Below, in pieces: positions 32,053 through 42,188 of a stretch of 64,000 nucleotides of DNA. Positions within the stretch are counted from its first letter, which is position 1; each line of letters opens with the position of its first letter. Origin of the DNA: an uncultured Actinomycetes bacterium (GTDB lineage Bacteria; Actinomycetota; UBA4738; HRBIN12); assembly GCA_963777495.1 (NCBI GenBank), contig CAVZQM010000004.1, positions 242,679-306,678 on the forward strand, given 5' to 3'. The notes beneath the pieces were generated by a model that saw nothing but the letters and a program-made list of their open reading frames with translations, was not told the origin of the DNA and did no database searches. Both the position numbers and the translations under genes were made by a program.

Positions 32053-33194
32053 GCGACTCCCCCGAGTCCGACGGCCGACCGAACGTCCGCAGCGACGCCA
32101 CGCGCCAGGGCGTCGCCCTCACCCGGGCCGGGCGAGGGCTCCGAGAACGTCGCCGGGACTTCGCCGCCGACCTGGAGCTCCGCCTCCTCGATCCAGCTCT
32201 CGGGGAGCTCATCGCCGAGCACCGCACCCGCCATCTCGGCGAACGCGATCGTCCACGCGCGGGGGACCACGCGCGCCCACTGGTACCCGCCGCCGCCGGT
32301 GGCCACCCAGCGACCCCCGGTGGCCTCATGCGCCAGCGCGTGCAGCTCCGCGGCGGTCTCGCGGTACGCCTGCGTGGTGAGCTGCATCTGCGCGAGCGGA
32401 TCGGTCACGTGGGTGTCGCAGCCCAGCTGGGTGACCAGCACGTCGGGTGCGAACCGCCGGACCAACGGCGGCACGATCGAGCGGAACGCGTCGAGCCACG
32501 CGTCGTCACTCGTGAACGGAGGCAGCGGCACGTTGACCGCGCTCCCCTCGGCCCCGCGCCCCCCACGCTCCGTGACGTCACCGGTGCCGGGGAAGAACCA
32601 CGGCGCGAACTCGTGGATCGAGATCGTCAGCACGCGTGGGTCGTCGTAGAAGATGAACTGCACGCCGTCCCCATGATGCACGTCGACGTCGACGTAGGCG
32701 ACCCGCTCCGCACCTTCGCGCAGCAACCACGCGATGGCCACCGCCGGGTCGTCGTAGACGCAGAACCCCGACGCGCGCGCCGGCATGGCGTGATGCAGGC
32801 CGCCGGCGGCGTTGAACGCGTGTTCCACGCCTCCCGACCACACGGCCCTGGCCGCCGCGACGCTCGCCCCCGCCACCAGCGCTCCGGCCTCGTGCATCCG
32901 GTCGAAGATGGGATTGTCGCCCGGCCCGTAGCCGTACCGCCGCCAGTCCCCGTCCTCACCGTCGCCTGCCCGGCGCGTCGCCTCCACGTAGTCGGGCGTG
33001 TGAACGAGCTCGATCGTGGCGTCGTCCGCGGGGTGCTCGCTCGTCAGACGTTCGACGTTCGGGAGTACGTCCAGACCGAGCGAACGGATCAGATCCCACG
33101 TGAGCAGGACCCGCTGCGGCCGGAGCGGGTGCTGGGGTCCATGGTCGTAGATCCTCGCGGCGGGGCAGAGCACGAGTCCGACGCGATCGCTCAC
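32049..33194 (-). CDS. acuC: AcuC / histone-deacetylase family zinc deacetylase
   Basis: HPLRPQR, GGLHHA, SGFC, DVDVHHGDG, GCDTH..DPL, GGGGY. Confidence 0.92.
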   Translation of the reverse strand: MSDRVGLVLCPAARIYDHGPQHPLRPQRVLLTWDLIRSLGLDVLPNVERLTSEHPADDATIELVHTPDYVEATRRAGDGEDGDWRRYGYGPGDNPIFDRMHEAGALVAGASVAAARAVWSGGVEHAFNAAGGLHHAMPARASGFCVYDDPAVAIAWLLREGAERVAYVDVDVHHGDGVQFIFYDDPRVLTISIHEFAPWFFPGTGDVTERGGRGAEGSAVNVPLPPFTSDDAWLDAFRSIVPPLVRRFAPDVLVTQLGCDTHVTDPLAQMQLTTQAYRETAAELHALAHEATGGRWVATGGGGYQWARVVPRAWTIAFAEMAGAVLGDELPESWIEEAELQVGGEVPATFSEPSPGPGEGDALARGVAADVRSAVGLGGVA

Positions 33195-34501
33195 CGAACC
33201 GAGCGGATCGCGGCCGCCGTCAGCTCCACGAGCGTCGTGGCATCCTCGTCGCTCAGCGTGAACGGCGGACCCAACATCACGAGGTCCCCGTTCGTCCCGC
33301 CCACGTGGCCGGTGCTCGAGTAGAGCAGGAGGCCGGCCTCTCGGGCGGCGGCGAGGACGCGTTCCGAGACGTGATCCGCTCGCGCGAACGGATCCTTCGT
33401 CTCCCGGTCACGGACGAGCTCGATCCCGATCATCATGCCGATCCCCCGCACGTCTCCGACGAACGGCGCCCCGTCCAGTGCCACGGTCAGATCCTTGCGG
33501 ATGCGCTCGCCCAGGTCGGCGCTCCGCTGGACCAGGTCATCGTCGATCAGCCGTCGCACCACGGCGCGTCCCACGGCGGCACCGAGCGCATTGTGGGACC
33601 ACGTGAATCCGTGGACGAACCCGCCGGAGGCGACCGTGTCGAAGACGTCACCGCTCGCCGCCGCGAACCCGAACGGCACGTAGCCGCTCGTCGTGCCCTT
33701 GCCCGCGGTGAGGATGTCGGGTCGCACGCCCCAGTGATCCGACCCGAACCATCGGCCGGTTCGGCCGAACCCCGTCATGACCTCGTCGGCGATCACGAGC
33801 ATCCCGTAGCGACGACACACGTCGACGATCGCCGGCCAGTAGTCGTCGGTGGGGACCGCGCCGGCGAGCGTCGCCCCACCGACCGGTTCGGCGATGAAGG
33901 CCGCGACCGTGTCGGGACCGGCCAGCGAGATCATCCGCTCGAGTTCGACGGCGTGCCACGCGCCGCACCCCTCCGGATGCTGCGGGTTGCCGCATCGGTA
34001 CTCGTACGCCGCCGGTGCGTGCAGGAACCGGCCGAGCCACGGCGTGTAGGGCTTGCGGATCGGCTCCTTCCCGCTCGCGTCGAGCGCGCCCAGCGTGTTG
34101 CCGTGGTACGAACTCCGACGAGCGATCACCGTGGTACGGACATCGTCTCCACGGGCCAGGTGATACGCGCGGGCCATCTTGATCGCCGTCTCGACCGCCT
34201 CGCTGCCGCCCGAGACCGGATAGATGCGCGGGTCATCGAGCGGGAGGTACGGCGCGAGCTCGTCCGCATACCGTTCGAGCACGCCGGTCGTGAACATCGT
34301 GCCGTGCACGTACTGCGTGGTCTGCAGCTGCGCGGTCGCCGCCTCGATCAGCGCGCGGTCCCCGTGCCCGACGCCGACGACGATCGCGCCACCGGCTCCG
34401 TCCAGGTAGCGCTTCCCGTCCGCGTCGACGATCCACGATCCCTCGGCCGAGACGGCCGCGGGGAGCGACCGGTTCAGGACGCGCGGGAAGATGTGACTCA
34501 T
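33191..34501 (-). CDS. class III aminotransferase
   Basis: SGGSEAVETAIK, SYHG, IADEVMTGFGRTG, AGKG. Confidence 0.92.
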   Translation of the reverse strand: MSHIFPRVLNRSLPAAVSAEGSWIVDADGKRYLDGAGGAIVVGVGHGDRALIEAATAQLQTTQYVHGTMFTTGVLERYADELAPYLPLDDPRIYPVSGGSEAVETAIKMARAYHLARGDDVRTTVIARRSSYHGNTLGALDASGKEPIRKPYTPWLGRFLHAPAAYEYRCGNPQHPEGCGAWHAVELERMISLAGPDTVAAFIAEPVGGATLAGAVPTDDYWPAIVDVCRRYGMLVIADEVMTGFGRTGRWFGSDHWGVRPDILTAGKGTTSGYVPFGFAAASGDVFDTVASGGFVHGFTWSHNALGAAVGRAVVRRLIDDDLVQRSADLGERIRKDLTVALDGAPFVGDVRGIGMMIGIELVRDRETKDPFARADHVSERVLAAAREAGLLLYSSTGHVGGTNGDLVMLGPPFTLSDEDATTLVELTAAAIRSVR

Positions 34502-34716
34502 CGCGCATCCCCCGGAGGGGGCTTCCGTTCCCGGGCAGGCGGCTTCCTGGGAAGGTGGCCATCGAACCCGTCGAAGACCCTGCGCAGCCGCTCGGCCTCG
34601 GCCTTGCGGCGAGCGCGGATCTCCTTGGCCCAGTCGGGCTCGGGCTCGCGCATCTCCGCGGGATCGGCCCACGGCGAGGGCTCGTGCCCTTGGTCACGCT
34701 CCGGCATGACGGACAC
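34498..34716 (-). CDS. small hypothetical protein
   Basis: 72-aa ORF whose stop overlaps the next start. Confidence 0.45.
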   Translation of the reverse strand: MSVMPERDQGHEPSPWADPAEMREPEPDWAKEIRARRKAEAERLRRVFDGFDGHLPRKPPARERKPPPGDAR

Positions 34717-34731
34717 GGTATCGCCTGAGGC

Positions 34732-35517
34732 CTACTTGGTGTACGCGCCGCCCGGGTCGAGCTCCTCACGGATCAGTCGGAGCTCCTCGGCGGTCGGCGC
34801 GGGCGTCTCACCCAGATCGTGGGCGACCTTCGGATCCCACCCCATCTGTTCCCGCACCTGCTCCAGCGTGACGCCCGGGTGGAGCGTCACCAAGGTCATC
34901 TCCCCCGTCGCGTCGTCGAACGTGTACGTGCCCAGGTCGGTCACCACGCTGGTCGGTCCGCTGCCCCACCAGCCCCGCGCGGCGTCGTGCGCCGGATCGC
35001 CCGAATGCCCCGGCGAGGTCCGGAAATCGATCGTGTCGACGAACGACCGCGTGCCCTGCCGCATGATCACCATGACCTGCCGGGCGTTGATCGCGATCTC
35101 GCACGCGCCGCCGGATCCAGGGAGTCGGATCTTCGGATCACCGTAGTCCCCGATCACCGTCGTGTTGATGTTGCCGAACCGATCGATCTGGGCCGCGCCC
35201 AGGAACGCCACGTCGATCAGGCCGGCCTGCAAGTAGTACGCGAACAGCTCGAACATCGACGTCACCGCGGTTGCGCCGGTGACGAGCGTCGGGTCGCCGA
35301 TCGACAGCGGCAGCCGCTCCGGTCGAGCGCCGAACACGCCCGACTCGTACACCAGCTGCAGATCAGGCGACACGGTCCGCTGCGCCAGGTTGCAGACGAT
35401 GTTCGGCAGGCCGACGCCGACGAAACAGTTGCGCACGCGATCCAACTGGCGAGCGCTTGCGGCGATCATGATCTCAGACTTGGAATAGACGAGGTCGGCG
35501 GCGGCGGTGTCGCTCAC
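34732..35517 (-). CDS. family I CoA-transferase beta subunit (GctB-like)
   Basis: FVGVGLP, LVYESG (catalytic Glu), GAAQIDRFGNINTT, RLPGSGGA. Confidence 0.9.
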   Translation of the reverse strand: MSDTAAADLVYSKSEIMIAASARQLDRVRNCFVGVGLPNIVCNLAQRTVSPDLQLVYESGVFGARPERLPLSIGDPTLVTGATAVTSMFELFAYYLQAGLIDVAFLGAAQIDRFGNINTTVIGDYGDPKIRLPGSGGACEIAINARQVMVIMRQGTRSFVDTIDFRTSPGHSGDPAHDAARGWWGSGPTSVVTDLGTYTFDDATGEMTLVTLHPGVTLEQVREQMGWDPKVAHDLGETPAPTAEELRLIREELDPGGAYTK

Positions 35518-36437
35518 GCGTACCGTCCGTAGTTGACTTCGCCGGACATCGCCGGCGCGGGCCGCAGCGAGTCCCACAGCCGCGCGCCCATCTTGTCGAC
35601 GTACTCGGCGTGATTCGCCAGCCCGTAGACCCATTCGTCGAGCCACGCGTCAAGTGAGGCTGCGTCCCGGGCGATCTGGTCCCATGCCAGGTAGAACGCG
35701 TTGTCGCGGTCGTAGTACCCCTGCGTGAACGACGGATGGCACGCGAACGGCTCCTCGACCACCGCGTCCACGATCACGCCCGGGATCACCGTGCGGTTGG
35801 GGTCGGCGCGGATCACCGACTCCTCCACCATCTCCTCGCAGACCACGATCACGCGGTCTGCGGCGAACGCCGCCTCCTTCTGACAGCCGAGCAGTCCCCA
35901 GATCTGCGCGTCACCGCTGGCGTCCGCGCGCTGCGCGTGCACGATCGCCACGTCCGGTCGGAGCGGCGGCACCACGAACACCTCGGTGGCGTCGTCGTAC
36001 GGCGAGACCATCGGCCGGATGTTCGGGTTGGCCTTCGGGATGTCGGACTCGTAGTAGCTGCGTATCGGGAAGAACGGCAGGTTGGACGCTCCGGCGACGT
36101 AGCGGCACACCATGCCGAAGTGCGAGTACTCCTCGATCTCCAGCGGAGCCGGGTCGGACCGTTCGATCCGCCGTCGGATCGCGTGGAGCGAGCCGACGCC
36201 GGGGTTGCCCAGCCACGAGAAGACGAGCTTGGACGCGACGCCGGCCCCGATCATCTGGTCGTAGACCACGTCGGGGGTCAGACGGCAGAGCGTCAGGTCG
36301 CGACGACGCTGCCGGATGATCTCGTGTCCCGCCGCGAAACAGATCAGGTGCGTGAAGCCCTCGATCGCCACCGTGTCGCCGTCCCGCACCAGCGCCTCCA
36401 CGGCGTCGTGCATGGTCGCGACCTTGTCAGAGCTCAC
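35514..36437 (-). CDS. family I CoA-transferase alpha subunit (GctA-like)
   Basis: VRDGDTVAIEGFTHLI, HEIIRQ, HAQRAD, YYDRD. Confidence 0.9.
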   Translation of the reverse strand: MSSDKVATMHDAVEALVRDGDTVAIEGFTHLICFAAGHEIIRQRRRDLTLCRLTPDVVYDQMIGAGVASKLVFSWLGNPGVGSLHAIRRRIERSDPAPLEIEEYSHFGMVCRYVAGASNLPFFPIRSYYESDIPKANPNIRPMVSPYDDATEVFVVPPLRPDVAIVHAQRADASGDAQIWGLLGCQKEAAFAADRVIVVCEEMVEESVIRADPNRTVIPGVIVDAVVEEPFACHPSFTQGYYDRDNAFYLAWDQIARDAASLDAWLDEWVYGLANHAEYVDKMGARLWDSLRPAPAMSGEVNYGRYA

Positions 36438-36805
36438 CCGACCGTCCGTCCTCGGGGCCACGCAGCACGCAGAACTCGTTGCCCTCGGGGTCGGCCATCA
36501 CGGTCCAGAAACTGCCGCCTTCGTCCACGCGGGTGATCGCGGTGGCGCCGATCTCCTCGAGGCGCGCCACCTCGGAGGCCATGGACGCTACTGGGCCGGA
36601 CGTCCAGGTGGAGGCGGTTCTTCACGGTCTTCTCGTCTGGGACGGTCTGGAACAGCATCGTCCACCCCGCCCCGGCGGCCGGCTTGATGACCGCGTCCGC
36701 GTCGTCGATCTCGTCCAATCGATAACCGAGCGCGGCGCACCAGAAGTCGGCGAGCAGCTTCGGGTCGTGACAATCGATCGTGAGCGTGTCGACCGACAAC
36801 GTCAT
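36434..36805 (-). CDS. VOC/glyoxalase family protein (frameshift near 36590)
   Basis: IDCHDPKLLADFW, KTVKNRLHLDV; C-terminal ADPEGNEFC in another frame. Confidence 0.85.
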   Translation of the reverse strand: MTLSVDTLTIDCHDPKLLADFWCAALGYRLDEIDDADAVIKPAAGAGWTMLFQTVPDEKTVKNRLHLDVRPSSVHGLRGGAPRGDRRHRDHPRGRRRQFLDRDGRPRGQRVLRAAWPRGRTVG

Positions 36806-36814
36806 CGTCGGGAC

Positions 36815-38167
36815 CTACGAACCGGCGTTCTCGACATCGGCGACCGTCTCCTCGAGGATCTCGAGCGCGGTGCGCGCCTGGTCCTCGCGGAACACCAGCG
36901 GCGGCGCCATCCGGACCGCGTTGTCGCCGCACGTGAGGACGAGCAGCCCGTTCGCGAATCCCCGGTGCTCGACCTCGGCGGCGAAATCGTGGTCGGGGAA
37001 CTCGATGCCGATCATCAGCGCGAGCCCGCGCACCTCGCGGATGCTGCCGTGGCGCACCGCCATGTCCCGCAATCCGTTCAGCATCACGTCGCCCACCTTG
37101 TCGGCGTTCTCCAACAGGTGCTCCTGCTGGATGACGTCCAGCGTGGCGAGCGCCGCCGCGCACGAGACGGGGTTGCCGCCGTACGTCGAACCGTGCGTGC
37201 CGACGGTCCACGTCATCTTGGAGTCCTTCGCGATCATCGCGCCCAGCGGCATGCCGCTCGCGATGCCCTTGCCGGCGAGCAGGATGTCCGGCTCGACGCC
37301 GGTGTGCTCCACGGCCCACATCCGGCCGGTGCGACCCATCCCCGACTGCACCTCATCGCAGACCAGGTAGATGCCGTGGCGGTCGCACAGTTCGCGGAGC
37401 GCCATCAGCCAGCCGTCGGGCGGAACGATGTAACCACCTTCGCCGAGCACCGGCTCGACGACGATCGCCGCCACCTCGTGCGCGCCGACGATCTTCTTGA
37501 ACAGGAAGTGCTCGATGTAGTCGATCGTGGGGAACCCGTCCTCGGCCGACCCGGGCGCCATCTGCATGTCGCGGCCGTCGCCGTAGTACGCGTGCAGCAC
37601 ACCCGGCAGCAGCGGCCCGAAGCCGGACCGGTACGCCGACTTCGACGCCGTGAGCGAGACCGAGCCGTACGAACGCCCGTGGAACGAGCCGTAGAACCCG
37701 ATGATGTACTGCCGGCCGGTCGCCCATCGCGCGAGCTTCATGCCGGCCTCGACCGCCTCCGTCCCGGAGTTCGTCAGGAACGACCGGACCGGTTCGGACA
37801 TCGGGGCGATCTGGTCCAGCCGCTCGGCGACCTCGGAGTAGATCGGCAGGAAGAAGTCGCTCGCCGAGTAGTGGATCAGCTCGGCCGCCTGACGTTGGAT
37901 CGCCTCGACGACCCGCGGGTGGCAATGTCCCGTGGACGTGACCGCGATGCCGGCGTTCAGGTCCAGGAACCGATTGCCGTCGACGTCCTCGACCACCGAC
38001 CCGGCGCCGCGCTTCGGCACGAACGGGTAGGCGCGCGGGAGCGACGGGCTGGTGAAGCGCCGGTCCCGCTCCAGGACCTCCTGCGCCAGGGGCCCCGGCA
38101 CGTCGGTGATCAGCCTCGGCGCCTCGGCGTTCGCCAGGCCCTCGAGCTCCATATCCTCCAGGCTCAC
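36815..38167 (-). CDS. class III aminotransferase (4-aminobutyrate/acetylornithine type)
   Basis: DVDGNRFLD, NSGTEAVEA, FHGR, EPVLGEGG, DEVQSGMGRTG, GKG. Confidence 0.92.
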   Translation of the reverse strand: MSLEDMELEGLANAEAPRLITDVPGPLAQEVLERDRRFTSPSLPRAYPFVPKRGAGSVVEDVDGNRFLDLNAGIAVTSTGHCHPRVVEAIQRQAAELIHYSASDFFLPIYSEVAERLDQIAPMSEPVRSFLTNSGTEAVEAGMKLARWATGRQYIIGFYGSFHGRSYGSVSLTASKSAYRSGFGPLLPGVLHAYYGDGRDMQMAPGSAEDGFPTIDYIEHFLFKKIVGAHEVAAIVVEPVLGEGGYIVPPDGWLMALRELCDRHGIYLVCDEVQSGMGRTGRMWAVEHTGVEPDILLAGKGIASGMPLGAMIAKDSKMTWTVGTHGSTYGGNPVSCAAALATLDVIQQEHLLENADKVGDVMLNGLRDMAVRHGSIREVRGLALMIGIEFPDHDFAAEVEHRGFANGLLVLTCGDNAVRMAPPLVFREDQARTALEILEETVADVENAGS

Positions 38168-39729
38168 TCCGCGATCACCGTCCGCGACTGCTCCCGCAGG
38201 TACAGCGTCACGTAGTAGGGGCCGCCGCCGGCCTTGCCGGTCGTGCCCGAGCCTTTCCAGCCGCCGAACGGCTGCACACCCGGCCACGCACCGGTCGTGG
38301 CGCCGGCCCGGCGGTTGACGTACACCACACCTGCCTGGATCCGGTCGAGCCATTCGTCGATCTCGGCTTGGTCCTCGCTGAAGAACCCGGCCGTCAAGCC
38401 GTACTCGGTATCGTTCGCTCGCTCGATCGCGTCATCGAGCTCGTCGAACGCGCCGACCGCGACGAACGGGACGAACAGCTCCTTCTTCCAGATCCAGTTG
38501 TCGTCGGGGACCTCGACCACGGTCGGTTCGACGAACAGCCCGCGCGCGAAGTCGCCGTCGGTGAGGCGGTGTCCACCCGTCACGATCGTCCCGTTCTTCC
38601 GCGCCTCGTCGGCGGCCTCCTCGAACGTCGCCATCGCAGGCTCGTTGATGATCGGGCCGAGGTAGACGTCGCGCTCGATCGGGTTGCCCACCTTGATCGC
38701 CTCGGTCTTCTGCTTCAGCAGGCCGAGGAAATCGTCGTACACCTCGCGCTCCACGAAGACGCGCGAGCACGCCGAGCACTTCTGGCCGCCGAATCCGAAC
38801 GCCGATCGCAGGACGCCGTCGGTCGCCTTGTCCAGGTCCGCGTTCTTCGTGACGATGGCCGGGTTCTTGCCGCCCATCTCGCAGATGACCGGCTTCGGGA
38901 TCTCGGTCGCGAAGTGCTTGTAGATGTCCATGCCCACCGGGTACGAGCCCGTGAACGTGATGCCGCCCACGTCGGGGTGCTTCCACAGATGGTCGCCGGC
39001 GTTCACGCCGCGGCCGCTCACCAGGTGGAAGGCGCCGGGCGGCACCCCGCCGTCGCGGTAACACTCGTAGAGTTTGTAGCCCATCAGCGCGCCCTGGTTC
39101 GACGGCTTCAGCACCACCGCGTTGCCGGCGACGAGCGCGCCGGACGACGGTCCGCCGGAGAGCGCCATCGGGAAGTTGAACGGGCTGATGACCGCCCACA
39201 CGCCGTACGGGCGCAGGACGTCGTAGTAGTCGCCGGCCGCGCCCATGCCGCTCATGGGCGTACGGAAGCCCTCGTTCTTGTCCATCTCGTCCGCGTTCCA
39301 GCGGATCAGCTCGGCGGTCTCCTGGACGTCGCCGAGCGCCTCGAGCCGGCTCTTGCCGACCTCGTAGGCCATCAGCGCGGCCAGATCGAAGAGGCGATCC
39401 TCCATGATGTCGGCGACGTTGCGCATGATCTCGACGCGCGCCTGCCATCCCATCCGGTCCCATTCCAGCTGGAACGCCTTGGCGGCCGCCACGGCATCGT
39501 CGACGTCCTTCGGGGTCGCCTGGGAGAAGCGCCCGATGATGATGTCGCTGTCGATCGGCGAGGGCTCTTCGTACTTCTCGTCGGTCCATCGCTCTTCGCC
39601 GTTGACGACGAACGGGTACTCCTTGCCGAGCTCGCCCTTCATGCGCTCGGCGGCCTCGTCGTACTTGCTCTGCAGCTCTTCGTTGTCGGCCGACATGGTC
39701 GCGTAGGTGACGCGGAACTTCTCTGCCAT
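38164..39729 (-). CDS. aldehyde dehydrogenase, 1-pyrroline-5-carboxylate dehydrogenase-like
   Basis: ISPFNFP, FTGS, CEMGGKNP, GQKCSACSR, TTGA...QPFGG. Confidence 0.9.
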   Translation of the reverse strand: MAEKFRVTYATMSADNEELQSKYDEAAERMKGELGKEYPFVVNGEERWTDEKYEEPSPIDSDIIIGRFSQATPKDVDDAVAAAKAFQLEWDRMGWQARVEIMRNVADIMEDRLFDLAALMAYEVGKSRLEALGDVQETAELIRWNADEMDKNEGFRTPMSGMGAAGDYYDVLRPYGVWAVISPFNFPMALSGGPSSGALVAGNAVVLKPSNQGALMGYKLYECYRDGGVPPGAFHLVSGRGVNAGDHLWKHPDVGGITFTGSYPVGMDIYKHFATEIPKPVICEMGGKNPAIVTKNADLDKATDGVLRSAFGFGGQKCSACSRVFVEREVYDDFLGLLKQKTEAIKVGNPIERDVYLGPIINEPAMATFEEAADEARKNGTIVTGGHRLTDGDFARGLFVEPTVVEVPDDNWIWKKELFVPFVAVGAFDELDDAIERANDTEYGLTAGFFSEDQAEIDEWLDRIQAGVVYVNRRAGATTGAWPGVQPFGGWKGSGTTGKAGGGPYYVTLYLREQSRTVIAE

Positions 39730-39870
39730 GGGAGCGTCGCCCCTTTCCGTTGGACGCGGGAGGAACCTGCTGGATGCCGTCCGTAGCTTAGCCAAGGTCC
39801 TCGACGGTCGCCTAGCCCGGGTGGCCAAGCCTGCCGTAGAGGCCCGTTCGCGTCCGCGTACGCTTACGCC

Positions 39871-41202
39871 GTGCGTACCGATCCCGTGGTTCTCGGCATC
39901 GATCAAGGGCTCAGCGGTGCTCGAGCCTCCGTGATGACGTCCGACGGGCGCGTGTTGGGCAGAGGACGGGCAACGTGTCTCGACGTCCGGACGGTCGCCG
40001 GCGGTCTGGAGCACGACCCCTCAGGTTGGTTCGACGAAACCACGTCGGCAGCCAGGATGGCCCTGGCGGAGGCGGGCGTGCGTACGGTGGATGCGATCGG
40101 GATCGGAGCGCTCGGTCCCGCGCCCCTGCTCCTCGATGACGCACTGCAGCCGCTCGGGCCGGCACACCTGTTCCCGCACGACGCGACGGCACCGTTCCTC
40201 GCGTGGGCCGCACGCGATCCGGGCATCGTCGACCGGGCGCAGTGGCTGGTGGACGTGTGCGGCTTCCTGGTGTCGGGATTGGTGGGCAGGCCGGTGCTCG
40301 ATCGGATCACGGCCGGCGACCATGTGGTCCCCGGTGGCTGGCCCGCGCTCCGGCAACCAGAGGCGATGGACCCGTTCGCGGTGGCGGGGGAGCTCACGCA
40401 CGAGGCGGCGACCACGCTCGGCCTCGTCGCCGGCACGCCGGTCATCGCGGGCACGTACGACTCCTTCATCGACCTCGCGGCCATCGGGGTCATGGAACCG
40501 GGCGACCGCGGCATCCTGCTGGGGAGCACCCTGATCGTCGGCGCGGTCCGCGAGACCGACGACGCGCCGGCGGGATCGCGCGCGTCGAGGCACGCCGGCG
40601 AGGGCTGGTTCGTGGGCGGGTGGACGCAGGCCGCCGGACGGGCCTTGGCATGGTGGCTCGGGCTGTTCCCGGCCGATCGGCATGAGGCGATCGCACGTGA
40701 GGCGGCCGCGCTCTCCCCCGGCGCCGGTGGTCTGCTGGCACTGCCCTACCTCGACGGGGAACGAGCTCCCGTGTGGGATCCCGGCGCCCGCGGCGCCTTC
40801 GTCGGTCTCACGACCTCCACGACGGCGGCGGAGCTGTATCGAGCCACGATCGACGCGGTCGCGCTCTCGGCCGCGGATCTGGCGGACCGACTGCACATAT
40901 CGGAAGCGGAGGTTCGTCCGTGGCTCGTCGCCGGGGGCGGGGTCCGTGACGGAACGTGGCTCCGGGCGACCGCCGATGCGATCGGCGAGCCGATGCTGGC
41001 CGTCGATCTGGACGAGGCGGGCGGTGCGGCTCGAGCGGCGCTCCGTGCGCTCGAGGTGGCGCTCCCGGAACTGCCGACCCGGCGCGTCGAGCCGGACGCC
41101 GAACGGCATGCGCGTTTCGCGGGACTCCTCGAGGCCTACCGCGAACTGTACGGTGCGCTGGCACCGACGGTCCACGCGCTGGCGATGGAACAGGCCCGAT
41201 GA
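39871..41202 (+). CDS. FGGY-family carbohydrate kinase
   Basis: LGIDQGLSG, LPYLDGERAPVWD. Confidence 0.85.
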   Translation: MRTDPVVLGIDQGLSGARASVMTSDGRVLGRGRATCLDVRTVAGGLEHDPSGWFDETTSAARMALAEAGVRTVDAIGIGALGPAPLLLDDALQPLGPAHLFPHDATAPFLAWAARDPGIVDRAQWLVDVCGFLVSGLVGRPVLDRITAGDHVVPGGWPALRQPEAMDPFAVAGELTHEAATTLGLVAGTPVIAGTYDSFIDLAAIGVMEPGDRGILLGSTLIVGAVRETDDAPAGSRASRHAGEGWFVGGWTQAAGRALAWWLGLFPADRHEAIAREAAALSPGAGGLLALPYLDGERAPVWDPGARGAFVGLTTSTTAAELYRATIDAVALSAADLADRLHISEAEVRPWLVAGGGVRDGTWLRATADAIGEPMLAVDLDEAGGAARAALRALEVALPELPTRRVEPDAERHARFAGLLEAYRELYGALAPTVHALAMEQAR

Positions 41203-42188
41203 CCCGGTCGGAGATGATGCGGGTCTGTCGGCTGCACGGCATCGAGGACCTGCGCGTCGAACGGATCCCGGTGCCCGTACCCGCGCCGGGCGAGCTGCTG
41301 GTCCGGGTCGAGGCCAACGGCGTCTGCGCGACCGACGCGCGCAAGTACCGGGTGGGTGTCAACGACGGCACGTACCCGTTCAACCCCGGACACGAGTGGG
41401 TCGGCCGGGTCGTCGAGCTCGGAGATGGTGTCGACGGATGGTCGGCGGGTCAGCGCGTCTACGGCGACACGTACGGCGGCTACGCGGAGTTCGTCACGAT
41501 CGCGGTCGATGCGGGCCCATGGTCGTGCGGGCCGACGTCGATGCCCGATGAGGTCCCCGTCGAACGTGCCGTGCTGCTGGAACCGCTCGCCGATTGTCTC
41601 CACGCCGTGATCGACCAGGGGCAGGTCCGCTCGGGTGACCATGTCGTGGTGGTGGCCGCGGGGTCGATGGGCCTGCAGATGATCGCGGTCGCCGCCCGTG
41701 TCGGCGCCCGGGTCACCGCCGTGGAGCCGCAACCGGAACGCCGCGACCTCGCCGAGCGCTTCGGGGCCACCGAGGCGATCGATCCCGACGGATGGCCCGA
41801 ACGCGTTCGCACCGATGGGGCGCCGCGCGCGGTGATGATCTGTGCCGGAGACCCCGACCTCATCGCACCCGCGATCGACGCGTGTGCGAACGGCGGCCGG
41901 GTCGTGCTGTTCGCGGGGTTCGGGGACCGGCCGATCGTGTCCGTCGACGTCAACGCGATCCACTACCGCGAGCTGACGCTGGTCGGCAGCGAATGGATCG
42001 GTGCGCCACCCAACCAACAGCGCGACCGGTACAGGGAAGCCGCCGAGATCATCGCCTCGGGGGCGCTCCCGCTCGAGGAACTCGTCACGGCGCGATGCTC
42101 GTTCGACGACCTCGAGGACGCGCTGCGCGGACGGTCCGAGTTCCGCGTTCTCAAGACCGTGTTCGTTCCCGAGGAGGAGAGCGGATGA
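41199..42188 (+). CDS. zinc-dependent medium-chain dehydrogenase
   Basis: GVCATD, GHE, LLEPLAD. Confidence 0.88.
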   Translation: MTRSEMMRVCRLHGIEDLRVERIPVPVPAPGELLVRVEANGVCATDARKYRVGVNDGTYPFNPGHEWVGRVVELGDGVDGWSAGQRVYGDTYGGYAEFVTIAVDAGPWSCGPTSMPDEVPVERAVLLEPLADCLHAVIDQGQVRSGDHVVVVAAGSMGLQMIAVAARVGARVTAVEPQPERRDLAERFGATEAIDPDGWPERVRTDGAPRAVMICAGDPDLIAPAIDACANGGRVVLFAGFGDRPIVSVDVNAIHYRELTLVGSEWIGAPPNQQRDRYREAAEIIASGALPLEELVTARCSFDDLEDALRGRSEFRVLKTVFVPEEESG

